From Camelus ferus (lineage: Eukaryota): 64,000 bases of DNA. Position 1 is the first letter of the stretch. Each line of letters opens with the position of its first letter. The position numbers and the translations under genes are program-made. The notes under the pieces were generated by a model. It worked only from the letters and a program-made list of their open reading frames with translations, was not told the origin of the DNA and ran no database searches. Location of the stretch: assembly GCF_009834535.1 (NCBI RefSeq), contig NC_045698.1, positions 15,254,001-15,318,000 of the forward strand. The letters run 5' to 3'. Shown here one piece after another: positions 39,859 to 52,859 of this stretch.

Positions 39859-41889
39859 ACTATAAGCCCAACATCTCACTCACTCTCCATTTTAAATGTC
39901 TATTCCTAATACTTAAAAGGTGTGTGAAATATCTTATCCTTCTTTTCTTAGTTTGTTTCCTTCTTAGCAATATTTTCTTAATAAGAAGTTTAGGCCCCTG
40001 TGTCTATTTCTCCCTCCTCTTGTCACTAAAAGCTGCATCACATATGGTGGCTACCACTAGATGTCTTCAAAATCTCATTTAATCAAGATTCCTAGAGTGC
40101 AAAAGTAACATGACATTTATTTTACAAAACAGCTTAAAATGACACCCAAATGGGTGTAACATCTATTAACTGAAACTTCCCATTCAAGTTCAACATATCT
40201 GATTATTTGTGTTTAAATTATTGTTTTTTCAGTTTCTTAACATCAAGTACCACCGAACTTCTGTGTACAACATCTGTTTATCATGGCACAGAGACTGCCA
40301 GGACTAGGGAAGTTTAGATAGCTGAAACTGCCTCCTTACATCACCTTGTATCACCTTGTGATACAAGCCTCTGTCTGTAGCGTGATTTATCTTTGTCCAC
40401 AGATGATCCAGGTGTTCTTTCAAGTTTCTTTCAAATTAATTTACAAGTTTTATTTAAATTTTTGGTAATTATATATATATATATATATAATAAAAGACAG
40501 TTATATAACATTTTATTTTAACGGAGTAATCTTGTTATGTTTTTACTGTACCTCAAACAACTTAAGCAACGAATATGTAGATGCCCTTTTAACTAATGGG
40601 CCTTAAAATGGCACCACATGTTAAAGGATATCAGTCCCACCCTTAATTGAAAGAGGAAGAATTATACATTTGAAAATTCAAATCTCAAGCTAAAAGGAGA
40701 GTGTCAAGATTTCCTAGAACATCATGTCTCCCAATAATTTCTATATTTTAGAAACAGGTGGATGCTAAGCTTGTTTCAACTCTACATTCTCTTTATGCTA
40801 TATACATATTTTCATTGAAAACTGTGGATGGTATTTCCAATCATTCTCCAAAATTGAGTCCACTTTTCTTACTTTTAGGGAAAGAGTGAGAGCTCCATTA
40901 AGTTTTTGCTGAGCTCATGATTACCCAGTTATGAATGAACATTCTCAGTGGGTGCTGAGTTTGATCTAAATTGAGATAAACGGTAAATAAAATAGATCCC
41001 CAGCTGTAGTTAAATACATCGCGTCTCTTTATAGGAACCAGCGCGCGCACACTATCTATCACACGTGGTTGAATTCAGGGTTCTTATAAAATCATATATT
41101 TTGCTGGTTGTCTCCAGCACACTGGTGGTGAGGGCTGAGTTAGGCAAATACAAAATTTATAATTTAAATCACGAGAAGTGGCATCAACTTATTTGAAACA
41201 CAATAGAAAGACCAACTAGAAGCTTCTAAATATTTATGTAGTATTGTTTTCCCAAAAATGTAGGCCCTTATAAAGGTGTGGGTCCCAGGCAACTCAACCA
41301 ACTATGGACCAGTATAAGAAAATTGTAGCTTCTATGGTACCTTAGCACTCTATTTCTTGTTCAATGAGGGAGTTTTTAAATTAAATTAAAAAAAAAATAC
41401 TAGACAGTAGTTCTTACTCCAAACACAATCCATTGATACACACTTTGGACTGTGTCTAGGATTTTGACTGCTCATAAAACTGTTTTGACTTTATCAGAAA
41501 AGTTGCATGAGAATATACATAGGAACCAAAGGTTTCTACTTTATCATAATCTCAACTAAGTAAGCCTAAAATGGGCTTTTCACAGAGATTTGGGTTTATC
41601 ATTCCAATAATTGAAAGGCCAATGGCCTGAACAATTGGATAATTCATTCACCACAGTCTAGGAATATATATCAATATGTATCATTGAGGAGCACTTTAGA
41701 ATGTATATACATGTTATAAAAACCATTTTTAGTTCTACTGAGGCTGATCCATTATCTCCTAAAATCTGGGAAGCAATACTAGTAAAGTAGTCCATAAGCT
41801 GGACAATATTTTTAAGAAATGGCTGCAAAATTTTTAGAATACTGAGAGGCAGGAACTCAAGACCTCTTAGCATTGGATATCTCATTTTT

Positions 41890-42230
41890 CTGGTCACCCC
41901 ATGCTCTTCAATCTAGCCTCTCTGACCACTGCAATATCTCTGCTTAAGTATTACCTTGTTAGTGCAGCCGTTCCTGGCCACCCCACATTAAAAAGCAATG
42001 TCTCTTTCCTATTATATTCTAATCCATTGCCCTTCTTAACATTTCTCTACAGTATTGATTAACACCTGATATATGATGTTTTTATACTTTTAAAAAGTGT
42101 ATTGTCTGTCTTCGGTTAGAACATAATCTCTTGGAGGATGTCATTTTGCTTGTTCATGATTATGGTCTTAGTTTCTAAAAAAGTGCTTGTGGGATAGTAA
42201 GTGCTTTAGACTTGATGAATGAGTCAATAA
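41890..42230 (+). mobile_element. L2 3' fragment
   Basis: tattgtctgtct...ttttgcttgttcat...agtgcttg...tagtaagtgct...gatgaatgagt. Confidence 0.7.
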
Positions 42231-43539
42231 AGGAGACCAGAAGACGGGAGGCATGCTTGGGCTTTAAGACACCACATTGTTCAGGATTTACATTCCTTTT
42301 GACACATTTTATTGATATAATGATATGATGAAAAGGAAGTATCAGAGTAGATGTGAAATTTACCATTTCCAGAAATAAAATGAGCAAATTGTTCCTAAGT
42401 ATTATTTTTGGTGTTTAAGTTTTTCTCTGGTCTTGAGCATAGTTGTCCCATGCTACTGGGACTATATTGTCTGGGATGTCCTCTAACTTATTTTCTATCT
42501 AATATCCCATCCTTTTCTGCACTAAAATCAATAAAGACAGAACCTCAAACACAATAATTTCACAATTACTTTTAGCTAGTATGGCATCAATATAATGAGT
42601 GACTTTAGCATTTGAATGAGATTTAGGCCACTTGTTTAAAGCCTACCTCACTGAATTATAATATCATTCCCGATGATTTAAATACCCAAGTGGTTGGACA
42701 AACAGTAAATCAAACTGCTGGCCCTGCAAGGAAAAAAGCCAATTACTCTTGACAGTGGCTCCTAAGATCACATAAGCCAAATCAATGACTGCATACCAAT
42801 CAGGAGTAATTAAGAACCATCTTTCAATGCAAAATTATGTTCAGTCACAGTTCTCCTCTAATTGCTGCCACCTTTCCTTAATCTATAAGTGATTCCAATT
42901 ATATTATATAAATAATGGCCAAAACTTATCTCACTTCTGTATCAGCTTAATTAAGATTATAATTATAAGAGTGTTGCCATTGGGCATAACCTACTTCTCT
43001 GGTGTCCACGTTAGAATGAAAACTTTGCCTATCGCCTCTAAAATATGACAACCGTGGTTTCATATTTATGACTTTATTGTGGCAGGAAGTCTTGGGGGAG
43101 CTGCTGTTTTGCATTTGCAATGAAAACGTTGCTGCACTGTTTCTCATCTTCCTTTCAAGTAAGAAGACTTTTTCTCCCCCTCTAGAACCACAATAAACCA
43201 ATCCTGCTATCAGTTTAAAGAATGGGGAAACCTGGACAGAAAACCACCTTGGTTCTCTATGTATCAACTTAGAAACTTAATAAAATCCTGCTGCTGCAAA
43301 TTCTTTCTCTTCAGTATCCCTAATCTCTAACATAATCTCTATTTCCAAAAGTTCCTGAGTTTTTGAATGCTCGTGTTTAACAGACACGTTTGGACTTGGG
43401 TATAGAATTCATGGTCTCTACTAGAGATTTCTGTAAGTCATTGGTCTAGAGGCATAGACATAGGGACACATCCAATGAAGAGTTTTAAGGCAATTCCAGA
43501 TTCCTCTGGTCTTCGTTGCTGCGGTTTTTGATCTGTAGG

Positions 43540-43540
<1 letters not shown>

Positions 43541-43584
<44 letters not shown>
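43541..43584. repeat. (TG)22 microsatellite
   Basis: Perfect dinucleotide run. It explains the THTHTH ORF 43421..43621. Confidence 0.98.
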
Positions 43585-43586
<2 letters not shown>

Positions 43587-43642
43587 GTTTCTGTTGTGGT
43601 TGCTGTTGTTGTTCTCATCATTAACAGGCAGAGACTGACATT

Positions 43643-44091
43643 TGCATTAGTTTCCTAGGGCTGCCTTAACAAAGTACCACAAACTGGTTGGCTTAAAACA
43701 ACAGAAATTTACTGTCTCACAATTTTGGATATTAGAAGCCCCAAATCATGGTGTCTGCAGGGCCATGTTGCTTCTGAAAACTATAAAGGAATTCTTCCTG
43801 GATTATGGGGGTTTGCCAGCAACCTTTGGTGTTACCTGGCTTGTAGATATGCCACTGTAGTCCTCAGTCCCCACATGGCACTCTTCCTGTGTTTCTGTCT
43901 TCCTTCAACCATCTTATAAGGATACCAATCTTAAAGGACTAGGGACCCTCCCTACTGAAGTGTAATCTCATCTTAATTCAACTAATGATGTCTGCAATGA
44001 CCGTATTTCTAAGTAAGGTCACATTCTGAGGTACTGGGGATTAGCAATTTAACATACCTGTTTTTTGAGGGACACAACTGAACCCATAACA
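43643..44091 (-). mobile_element. MaLR LTR (MLT1C-like), near full length
   Basis: tgcattagtttcctagggctgccttaacaaagtaccacaaactgg ... taaggtcacattctgaggtactgggg ... gggacacaactgaacccataaca. Confidence 0.9.
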
Positions 44092-44977
44092 ATTTACTAT
44101 CTTTGTTTCCCTCAGTTTGGTCCCTTGTTGTGGGAGGAGTGCTTGCCAGCGAGATTGTGGCTGCCATTTTGGGCACCTCCTCTTCACATCCCTCTGCCAG
44201 AAGTTACCACATGTATAGTCAAGGCCTTAGACTCCAAAGTTCCAAAACTAGTGACCTCAGGCAGACACCGGTCTCCATCTAGAGTAGGTAATTGTCATGC
44301 TGGATGAGTAAATCCATCATGGACCATTTCTTATAAACTTTTCCAGGTTTAGCTCATCCTCAGTCAAAAGCTGGTAGCAAGATAGAGTACCTTTAAGAAA
44401 GTAAGTTTATTTGGAGTTCAATGAGAGGAAAATCATTTTGTTGAGCATTTAATTAACTGAATAAGATGATGAAGATAAGTATGGAGATTTTCTTCATGAA
44501 TTTCCTAAAATTTTATCTTAAAATTTTTTTCCACAGGCAGGGGATCATTACTTACACATTCACAAAATAGTGCATTGCAATCTACCTGATATATTACCTG
44601 ATATATCCACCCTTGGGCCATGTTCAGGACATTTTCACTGAGGGCCACCAAAGTCCCTCATTTAGCCCTGTCTGGCATTTCTGTGTATCTTGTTTAATTT
44701 TACAGTCACCAGGATAGCATGACACCTGCCATGCCTACAAGAAATTGGCAATATGTATTACTGTTAATTACTGCTGTTACCAGTTGAGTAATAGAAATTA
44801 CTGTAGGAATCTGATGGTTTATATACAACTTTTAAATGACGCCTACCTTAGACAAAATTTCTTGAAGAAGGAAGAAAAATAAGTCTGAGCTGTGAGAAGC
44901 TGTCTTGACTTGCCCTGCCCTACTCAGGCCTCTGGGGATAGGACTATCTAAAGTTTAATAACAATTCTAAGCTGCTG

Positions 44978-45119
44978 ATGTTTTGTTTTTTGTTTTTTGT
45001 TTTCCAAATTTTTATTGAAGTAGAGTTGATTTACAATGTTGTGTTAGTTTCTGGTATACAGCAAAGTGAAAAATGTTTTTCTTTTTTTTTTTTATTACAG
45101 GATATTGAATATAGTTCCC
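44978..45119 (-). mobile_element. Short L1 3'-end insertion with TSD
   Basis: T-rich tail, then ttattgaagtagagttgatttacaatgttgtgttagtttctggtatacagcaaagtga...gatattgaatatagttccct. TSD ttctaagctgctg (44965-44977) / ttctaagctactg (45120-45132). Confidence 0.85.
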
Positions 45120-45134
45120 TTCTAAGCTACTGGT

Positions 45135-45520
45135 TTAGTCATTTGTTTCTATGTAACAAACCAATGCAAAATAATAATTTATTATTTTTCATGAGTTTCC
45201 TTGGGCTCAGCTGTACAGTTCTTCTGGTCTCACTTGGAGTCTCCCTCAAGCTGCATTCAGCTAAAAGATTGAGATGTGGTATTTCATTTTCAAAGTACTC
45301 TCCACATGGTCTTCAGCCACTCATCAGTCTAACCTGGCTTCCATATAGCATGGCTACTGGGCTCCACAACAGCATGTCTCTCCTGCCACATTTCACCTGT
45401 CAAAGCAAGACACAGGCTGGTCCCAAATCTAGAGGGATATGAATAGATGCATCTCTTATGTGAGGAGTGGCACATGCATACATATTGGGAGGAACTGTTA
45501 ACAGTCATAGCTGGACACTA
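45135..45520 (-). mobile_element. Diverged MaLR LTR (MLT1G/H-like)
   Basis: tgtaacaaacc...aatttattattt..catgag, catatagcatggc, ctgccacattt..gtcaaagcaag.cacagg. Confidence 0.6.
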
Positions 45521-45939
45521 CTTAGATCAAGTAGTACCTGCCAATATTGTCACTAATTCCAGTTCTTTCTTCTAATAAATTGCAATATTCTACTGTATCC
45601 AATCAGGAGAGTAAAATCACAGGATAATTACACAAGGAGACTTTTATATAAAAAGGTTGAATTACAAGAGAGGATTGGAATAATGAGGGCTTGTCTATTA
45701 AAGGGAGGACTCTAAAAAACAGAGGACTAGCAGATCTGAATTCAGATACCAAAGTAAAAGATACCTTCCACCCCGTGGAGCTGAACATGATAACAGCTTT
45801 GAAGGAAAGAAGTATTCTATTTTTAATCACTTCCACTCAGGTAAAAATTATGGACAGTGATGGTATATAATTACAACATATTTTCTTTGTTCAAGTCACT
45901 GAGAAATTTTTTTCTATTAAAAACTAGAAATATGGAAAT

Positions 45940-46345
45940 AGCAAATAAGATGAACAAGTTTTGGGGATCTGATGTAAAACATGGTGATTATAGTTAATCA
46001 TACTGTATTATATACTTGGAAGTTGCTAACAGAGTGGATCTGAAATGTTCTCACTACAAAAAAAATGTAATAATCTATAACAAAAAAGAATATGAAAAGA
46101 AATATGTATGTATATGTATGACTGAAACATTATGCTGTACACCAGAAATTGACACACATTGTAAACTGATTATACTTCAGTAAAAAAAGAAAAAAAATTG
46201 TAGTATGTGACTTGATGGAGGTGTTAGCTAACCCTGTGGTGGTAATCATTTTGCAATATAGATGTGTCAAATCAACACATTGTACACCTTAAACTTACGT
46301 AAGGTTATATGCCAATTATATTTCAATAAAGCTGGGATAAAAGAA
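45940..46345 (+). mobile_element. L1MA9-like 3' end with a younger L1 3' end nested at about 46066-46198
   Basis: The outer element reads gatctgatgtaaaacatggtgattatagttaat...tgttctcact and resumes at gtatgtga..tgatggaggtgttagctaacc...caataaagctggg. The inner element reads gaatatgaaaag..atgactgaaacattatgctgtacaccagaaattgacac..tatacttca plus an A tail. Confidence 0.85.
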
Positions 46346-47019
46346 ATTTTCAAAAAGAAAATAGCAAGTATGATTATTTCTGATGAGAATAAAGAATGTT
46401 AATAAGCAATATGGATTTGAATTTATTTTACTTTATTGAAAAAAATGTACAAATTACTTCCATGATTTAAATGTCTAGACATCTTTGCAGCATCTCCTTT
46501 TAGGAAAAATGCCAAGTTTTATTCCATTTTTCCTAGAAGAAGGAAGAATCAACTCATAGCCAATTTTCTGAGATTCTTGGCTTAAAAATAATACTTTCTA
46601 ACCACGTCTTTAAAATGTCTAGGCCATGTTAAATCATAGCTGTCTTTGAAAATGTTGAATAAAAATCAGTGAGTATTTTTCTCATACAGATTTAAGTCTT
46701 AAATATAGCATCTCTAGAAAAATCTAAAAAATATAAAAACTTTTAAGGATATACATTTGCTTTAAATAGCCTTACTAAAACACATAACAACCTCCATTGT
46801 TAGTAAAAATTCCTCTGGGTTTCATAATTTTAGATTACAAATAATATCTTAATCCTCCATATTTTGATTCAAAGGACATTTAGTCATTATCGTTTGACAC
46901 TGAAAATTTTATCTTTCTTCTCCTATTTGTATAGACTATTAAACTAAAATATGCAAAATAATAACAATTATACTAAAGACTTAAATGGGCATTGAAATAA
47001 GTAAATCTAAGAAACAAGA

Positions 47020-47681
47020 TGTTGCTGATGACTAGGTTCTTGTCCTGTCACAGGAAGAATTCAGGGACAAGACACAGAGGTCAAGAAAGTAAACTAAGGA
47101 TTTATTAAGGGAAGGACTTATTAAGGGATAGACAGTACACTCTCAAGGCGAGAGCAGGCAGACTCAGGTGAGCAGCTGCCCTGACTTTCTTTGGAAAGTT
47201 GATTGCATAGAGTGTGAAAATGAATGGGTGGAGTATTGATTGGGCCGGGGAGGGTTTGGAGTTGTATTCCCTGGTTTTCATCCCAACTCCAACTTCCTGA
47301 AAGGAGGAGGGATTTTTCTGTCCTTATTTAGTCTGGATTGAAAGTGTCATGGTGCCAGTGCATGATGGATACTTTTAATCTGCAAAGCTAATTTTATTAT
47401 AATGAGGGCATAATGAGCAAAAGATTACATTTGGACACTGGAGATTCCTGCCCATTCCCACTTTTCTTTGTTGGCCTTCAGGCCACTTGTCACCCCAAAA
47501 TGTGTGATTTCTTATCAGTCCAGAAGTTCCTGCTTTTCTCTGTCTACCCAGGGACCCCTGTTGTTTACATGACATATGGTATCCTGCATTTGGCCTGTGC
47601 CCCTTCTTTCTGCCCAGTTCCTGCCATTTGGCCTGTGTCCCCCTTTCCCTGCTCATATCTAGCTATCTGTCTGCTGTGACA
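47020..47681 (-). mobile_element. Solo LTR of the same ERV1 family as 14821-15477
   Basis: It has TG...CA termini and is collinear end to end with the proviral LTR (e.g. shared ATAATGAGCAAAA, CTGCATTTGGCCTGTGCCC, GCTCATATCTAGCTATCTG). AATAAA lies on the minus strand at about 47101-47106. There is no internal viral sequence next to it and no clean TSD. Confidence 0.92.
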
Positions 47682-48173
47682 AAACCACCAGTTATAGATA
47701 ACGTTATAAGAAAAAGCTAAAATATTTCTTAGGTATTAGTTAGAAAGTAACTAACTGTCTTCATTTGTCTACTTCATAGCAAAAAGTACTTCTGGATGGC
47801 ATCATCACAAACAATATCAATTATGAAAATACACACATACTAACAATCACTAACCATTACCACAATAGACTATTTGAGGAAGCACACTTAGCTTGAAAAT
47901 ATCAAAAAGAAGTTATATGAAAGTTACAGAACAGTAGAGAAAAATAATTTTTAAAAACTCAGCTGATTGGGATTGGGAAGATAATGAAGTTAAGGGTGGG
48001 TGTGGTGGTTATCTGGAAAAACATAGACAGTACACCAAAAGAACAAATACAAATAAAAACATTTAAAATTGCTTTTGAAAAAAAGTTATATTATTCAAAA
48101 CTGATAGAATAAAACATCTTTGGCAAAGTATAAATCTGCAAATGGTTTTGCCTGTGACAGTCAGCTTTGGTAG

Positions 48174-48619
48174 TGTGAAAGAAAAATCAAAATGGAGTCA
48201 GTATTGCTAAGAGAGCTCCCCAAAATGGAGCCAGGAAGCCATTGAGGAAGTGGGACATTTGCAGGTCTCAGCCTGATGGAATCGGAGCTTTTGACCACTT
48301 GTTGTCTTAATGCTCCCATTCAGAAGCTTCACACAATCTTTCAGAAAATCAAGATACTTACCAGACTCTTACTCTAAAATATAGTGACTTCTTATCTTTA
48401 AGGACAAATATTTCCTTTTTGCATCAGAGCCAGTCATATTTCTTGCAAGAAAACTTTAACAACCTTGTGGCTTTTGCCTTTATAAGCTTTGGAATCTTTC
48501 TCTTTCCCCCAACACTCTTTAGGTTATACTTGAATCTGTGCCTCTTGAAGTACAATCCCCAAGACCCCCAAATAAAGCTCTTTGTTCTTTGCAGCCTCTA
48601 TACTAATATTTATTCAACA
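48174..48619 (+). mobile_element. ERV1-type solo LTR
   Basis: Starts TGTGAAAGAAAAATCAAAATGGAGTCA, has TATA-like tttataag at about 48479 and AATAAA at about 48571, and ends TTCAACA. Confidence 0.72.
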
Positions 48620-51600
48620 AGAAATAACATGAAGAGCAAACCCACTATAACTTAAGCATAATTGTCAAAATTTAATAGAGAGTAAAACAAATAGATGAAT
48701 CAAATAACAATTGTAAATTTTCAATATCCTGGTGAAAATAATTATATACACGGTATAAATTAAATAGCAAAAGTAAATGCAAGTATTTTAAATACAATGC
48801 ACCAAAAAATGATAATAAGAATTAAATTAACACAATAGAGTTTGCACCAGAAATATATTTTCTATGAAAATTCATTAATTCATTAATTCTATAGGAAAAG
48901 ATAGAAATATTTGATTTCATAAGCAGAGGGTCAAAATCATCATGAGAAAAACATCCAAAATGTTCATGTCTGGCAGTGCTAAAAAGATGGGATTTAAGTG
49001 GCAGAGTCAACATTTCTTAAGTCCAGATAGAAAGGTGATTCAGGGAACACTTGTAGTCTCTAACCAGCCAAAGAGAAACCAGGATGTTAAATTTGGCTGT
49101 GCTTGCAAAGAAATACTCAGGAAAATAAAGAAGCAATTATCAGTGAGCTAAGTTTCAGGCTTCTTTAGCTCACTGTTTTTGTATTCGTATAATAAATGAA
49201 CAGCATTGTCAAGAACACTTTAAAGTGCCTTAGGATAGGACTGGCATCCAGCCAGGAAATTCTGCAAATGCAATTCCGAGGGGAATAAAAAAGAAATATA
49301 GAAACACAGAGTGGGAGCTGTATTTTGTATTGCCTTTGTCTTTTTTTGTACCATCTCAGAATACTTTTGCAAATCAGTTTCTACAGCAATAGGACTCAGA
49401 TTCTGGATTTTCTCTTGAAAAAAAACCATGACCTACTGAGGTTACAGTTAGAAAATCTCCAGCAGCTGGCTTAAAATGCACCGAACAGCCCATAAATTGC
49501 ATTTGTCCCAGAGCTGACAGCCCCATAGAATTACTCTGGAATTACACACATTTCAAAGATATTTCTCATTCCCCAAATAAAGTAACCTAATTATGATAGT
49601 ATTATAATCACCATAGACAACAAGTTATTAACATTTTTCTAGTGGATCTCATTAAGTACACTCTTTGAGGAGATATATATATATATTTATATATATAAAA
49701 ACAGTGTCTGTGCTGGCAATGGAGCCAAAGATAGAGGAAACTCCAAGATATCCAGAGCTCAGAAGTCTGTAGACAAAGAGGCTGGTGGAGAAAAAGAGCA
49801 GGAGAGTGCATTCTTTGGGTCAAGGTTGAGCTACTTTGTGACGCGAGGAGACCCTTCAACCTAAATATAACGCATTTTGGATGAGTGTAATGAGTTGAAT
49901 TACTAGAGAAGGGATCCTTGGGAGAAAATCAGCCATCCTGTTCGGCAAGTGGCAAAGGTAAGGTGTGACGTGGTGCTGGAAAAGGTGAAACTTCCTAGAA
50001 CGTGAACAATACCTCACCTTACACGTGTTTCAATTTTTCTGATATCCCATTCCTCCTGAGACTCTGCTTCTGCTCTGAAGCAAGGCCTCTTTGGAGCACA
50101 TTATTGTACTCAGACAAAACACTGCATTCTTGGAATAGAAAGAATACGCCGGGAAACACAGGCCCTAAACACGCTCAAGATTAACTTATCAAAAATGTAA
50201 ATTTCTGCTGTAGTCTGGGAAGGGGATGATACAGAAGAGATACTGGGAAGAAAATATCTAGAGTTGAAAGTTCTTGGATAGTGACAGCCAAAGGTAACTA
50301 ACATTTTTACCCAGGAAACATGCAGGGTATGTTATGTGCAAGTTCATTTTCAAACTGGGAATGAAAATTCTCAAGATTCTCCTGGCCAACAAACAAACAA
50401 ATAAACAAAAACCAAATAAGAAAATCAAGCAGGATAAATTACTCTTCATACCACGTGGCTAGCCCTAAAAACAGAAGGAAAGGTCGTATCACCACCAGGA
50501 CAGAATTACAGCAAAAGCCAAAAGCAGCAAGTATGTAGAAGAAAAAAAAAAAAATCTGATGAGTAGCTGCAGAAATGCTGGAAGAGAAGTAAAACACAAC
50601 AAAACAAAACACTGAACTTTACATTTCAAATGATAAACACAGTGATTAACATATCTTTGAACAGTAAACTCTTAAAGGCAATTCAAAACACAAAAGAGCA
50701 GTAGGAAGTGGAGCAGAGTTTAGATATTGCCTGCCTCGAGCAGTTTCCTACAGGCCTAGCTGAGAAACAGGGAAAAACATGCAAAGTCTTTCAGTCCCCA
50801 AAGGTCTAAAATAGCTCTATGTGAAAATGCTCTTCTCTAATGGTAAACTGGAAGCCATAACTTAGTTTGTGAGCTAAACTGACCTTGCTAACACCTTCCC
50901 TCTCCATGTACCAGTTCAGGCTCTGGAAGTGTCCACCTGTTTCGGCAAACTCATTTATCTAGGTTGAAAACTACAACTCCTACAGGGGAGGAGAGGAAAG
51001 CAGGAGACTGAGTCCCCCACACTCAGGTCATTCGATTCCTTTCACTATTGTCTATGGGACACAATGTTCTGGGTAGGAGCATGGAGTGACTCAAGTGGTC
51101 AGGAGAGTTTAGGAAATTTTCTACTCATAGAAAGAAATGAGCAGAATTATTCTATGCCAAGTATATAAAGCTGACTAAACTGTAATAAAAGAGTTTTAGA
51201 TGAATGACTTAGATTACTCTGCTCTAATCTTTTTTAACAGCCTAACCTAGGTATGAGATGTTATAACATTAATACATACTCACGTCACTTCCACTTCCCA
51301 TGATGATAAATCTGTGTATATTTCACTTAAAGTGAGACCTTGAAGTTCAGCTGCCAATATCAGTCTATGGGTTCTTGGGAGAGGAGAAATAACTACGTTA
51401 ATTCCATCATTTGTTTATTGTGGGACTAAAATAGTAAAAAAAAAAAAAAAAATGAAGTGTTATTGGAAGATATATTTTTAATATATTGCAATAATAATTT
51501 ATTATTATTGTTGTTATTTTGCTGTTATTAGCGTTTGTGTTGTGATAGAAAGCACCTTAAAACTTATTTCCAGAACAAGGAAAGATATAAACAGTCCATC

Positions 51601-52859
51601 CAAATGAAACACAAAATTCAACTTTTTGACAGATATCTTAAGTTTTTAAGATGAATTTACTGAAAAAGTGACTCTCATTAACATTTTAGCACATTACTTT
51701 CTATTTTTCTATGTATTTCTACATGTAACCTTACTCGTGTAACAAAATATGTTAAATGTTAGTAAGTGGAAAAGTGATTCTTTTTTAAAATGTTAAATAT
51801 TTGCTATTTTCAATCACATGGATTTTTTTTATCAGTATGTTAGCGCAAAATATATATTTAATTCTTAGCAAAGAATTAAAAAGTGATGCATTTGTTTGAG
51901 TTCCTGACATTCACATGAAATTTCTCATGGGGGGAAAAAGGTTCTTCACTTTCAAGAAATCACTAAAAATGCTATACTCTTTGTAGAAAGTAATCACAAA
52001 AATTCAGCATAAATTAAATATAAAAAAAAAAGACAAGAATGTCTCCAACCTGTTGATATTTAATTTGAATCCAGCAAAGTGGATTTTGAAACAGTACTCG
52101 TTTCCACACTATGTTACACAGATAGATCTGTGCTTTGTTGATACTATGACATCTGTTACTATCTCTCTTCACTGTTTTAAGATAATTGATAAAAGTCAGA
52201 ATTGAAAAAAGAACGGTTTTTACACATAACAATATAAATCTTAAAGATAAATTGATGGATTTAGTTGAAGAGAAAATGCATAAACCATGAGATTCCAATT
52301 GCAACTACTTATCTTAATATTTGGAAATACAGTTATGAAAATGCTACTCCAGCTAAGCAGAGAAGTATCTTCTCTCACATGCACCTGCTCTGATTTTGCG
52401 CTGAAGTAGAAGGAAAATCAGCCTATATGTATTCATCTAGTGATGAATGTGAAACTGACTATATGAATGGTGCATTGCCCACAAATTGGGTACAGATTGC
52501 CATTAATGGAAATAAGTGGATGTGAGAGGAGTGGGACCCTGCAGAGATTTTCTTTAACACATTTTGCAGTAAATATCCACCTGCAAAAGTCTCACGATGA
52601 AAATGTATGCTTACATATAATGAATCCTTTGAAATGCCAGGGTACTGCCCCTTCTCACATGGCTATAAAAAGGATATAAGTTTGATAAACACATTTTGTC
52701 TTCAAAATCATGATAACTGGAAATAAAAATACTAACTTTACCTGATTTAGATCCATTTTCAGGCTCCCATACCATTTATCATAGCTCTAATTAATTCTGT
52801 GAACTATTCCCAGTTATTATCGATTCCTTCATTGTGGCGTGGGATATCCATGTCCAAAT

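Noticed and set aside
44978..45442. 154-aa ORF
   Set aside because: It runs across an antisense L1 tail and an MLT1 LTR, so it is a chance ORF.
14821..47681. The two related LTRs as 5' and 3' LTRs of one giant 33-kb provirus
   Set aside because: They are clearly diverged and have no shared TSD. No PBS lies next to 47020, and the intervening DNA is ordinary host sequence with ancient MIR, L2 and MLT repeats.
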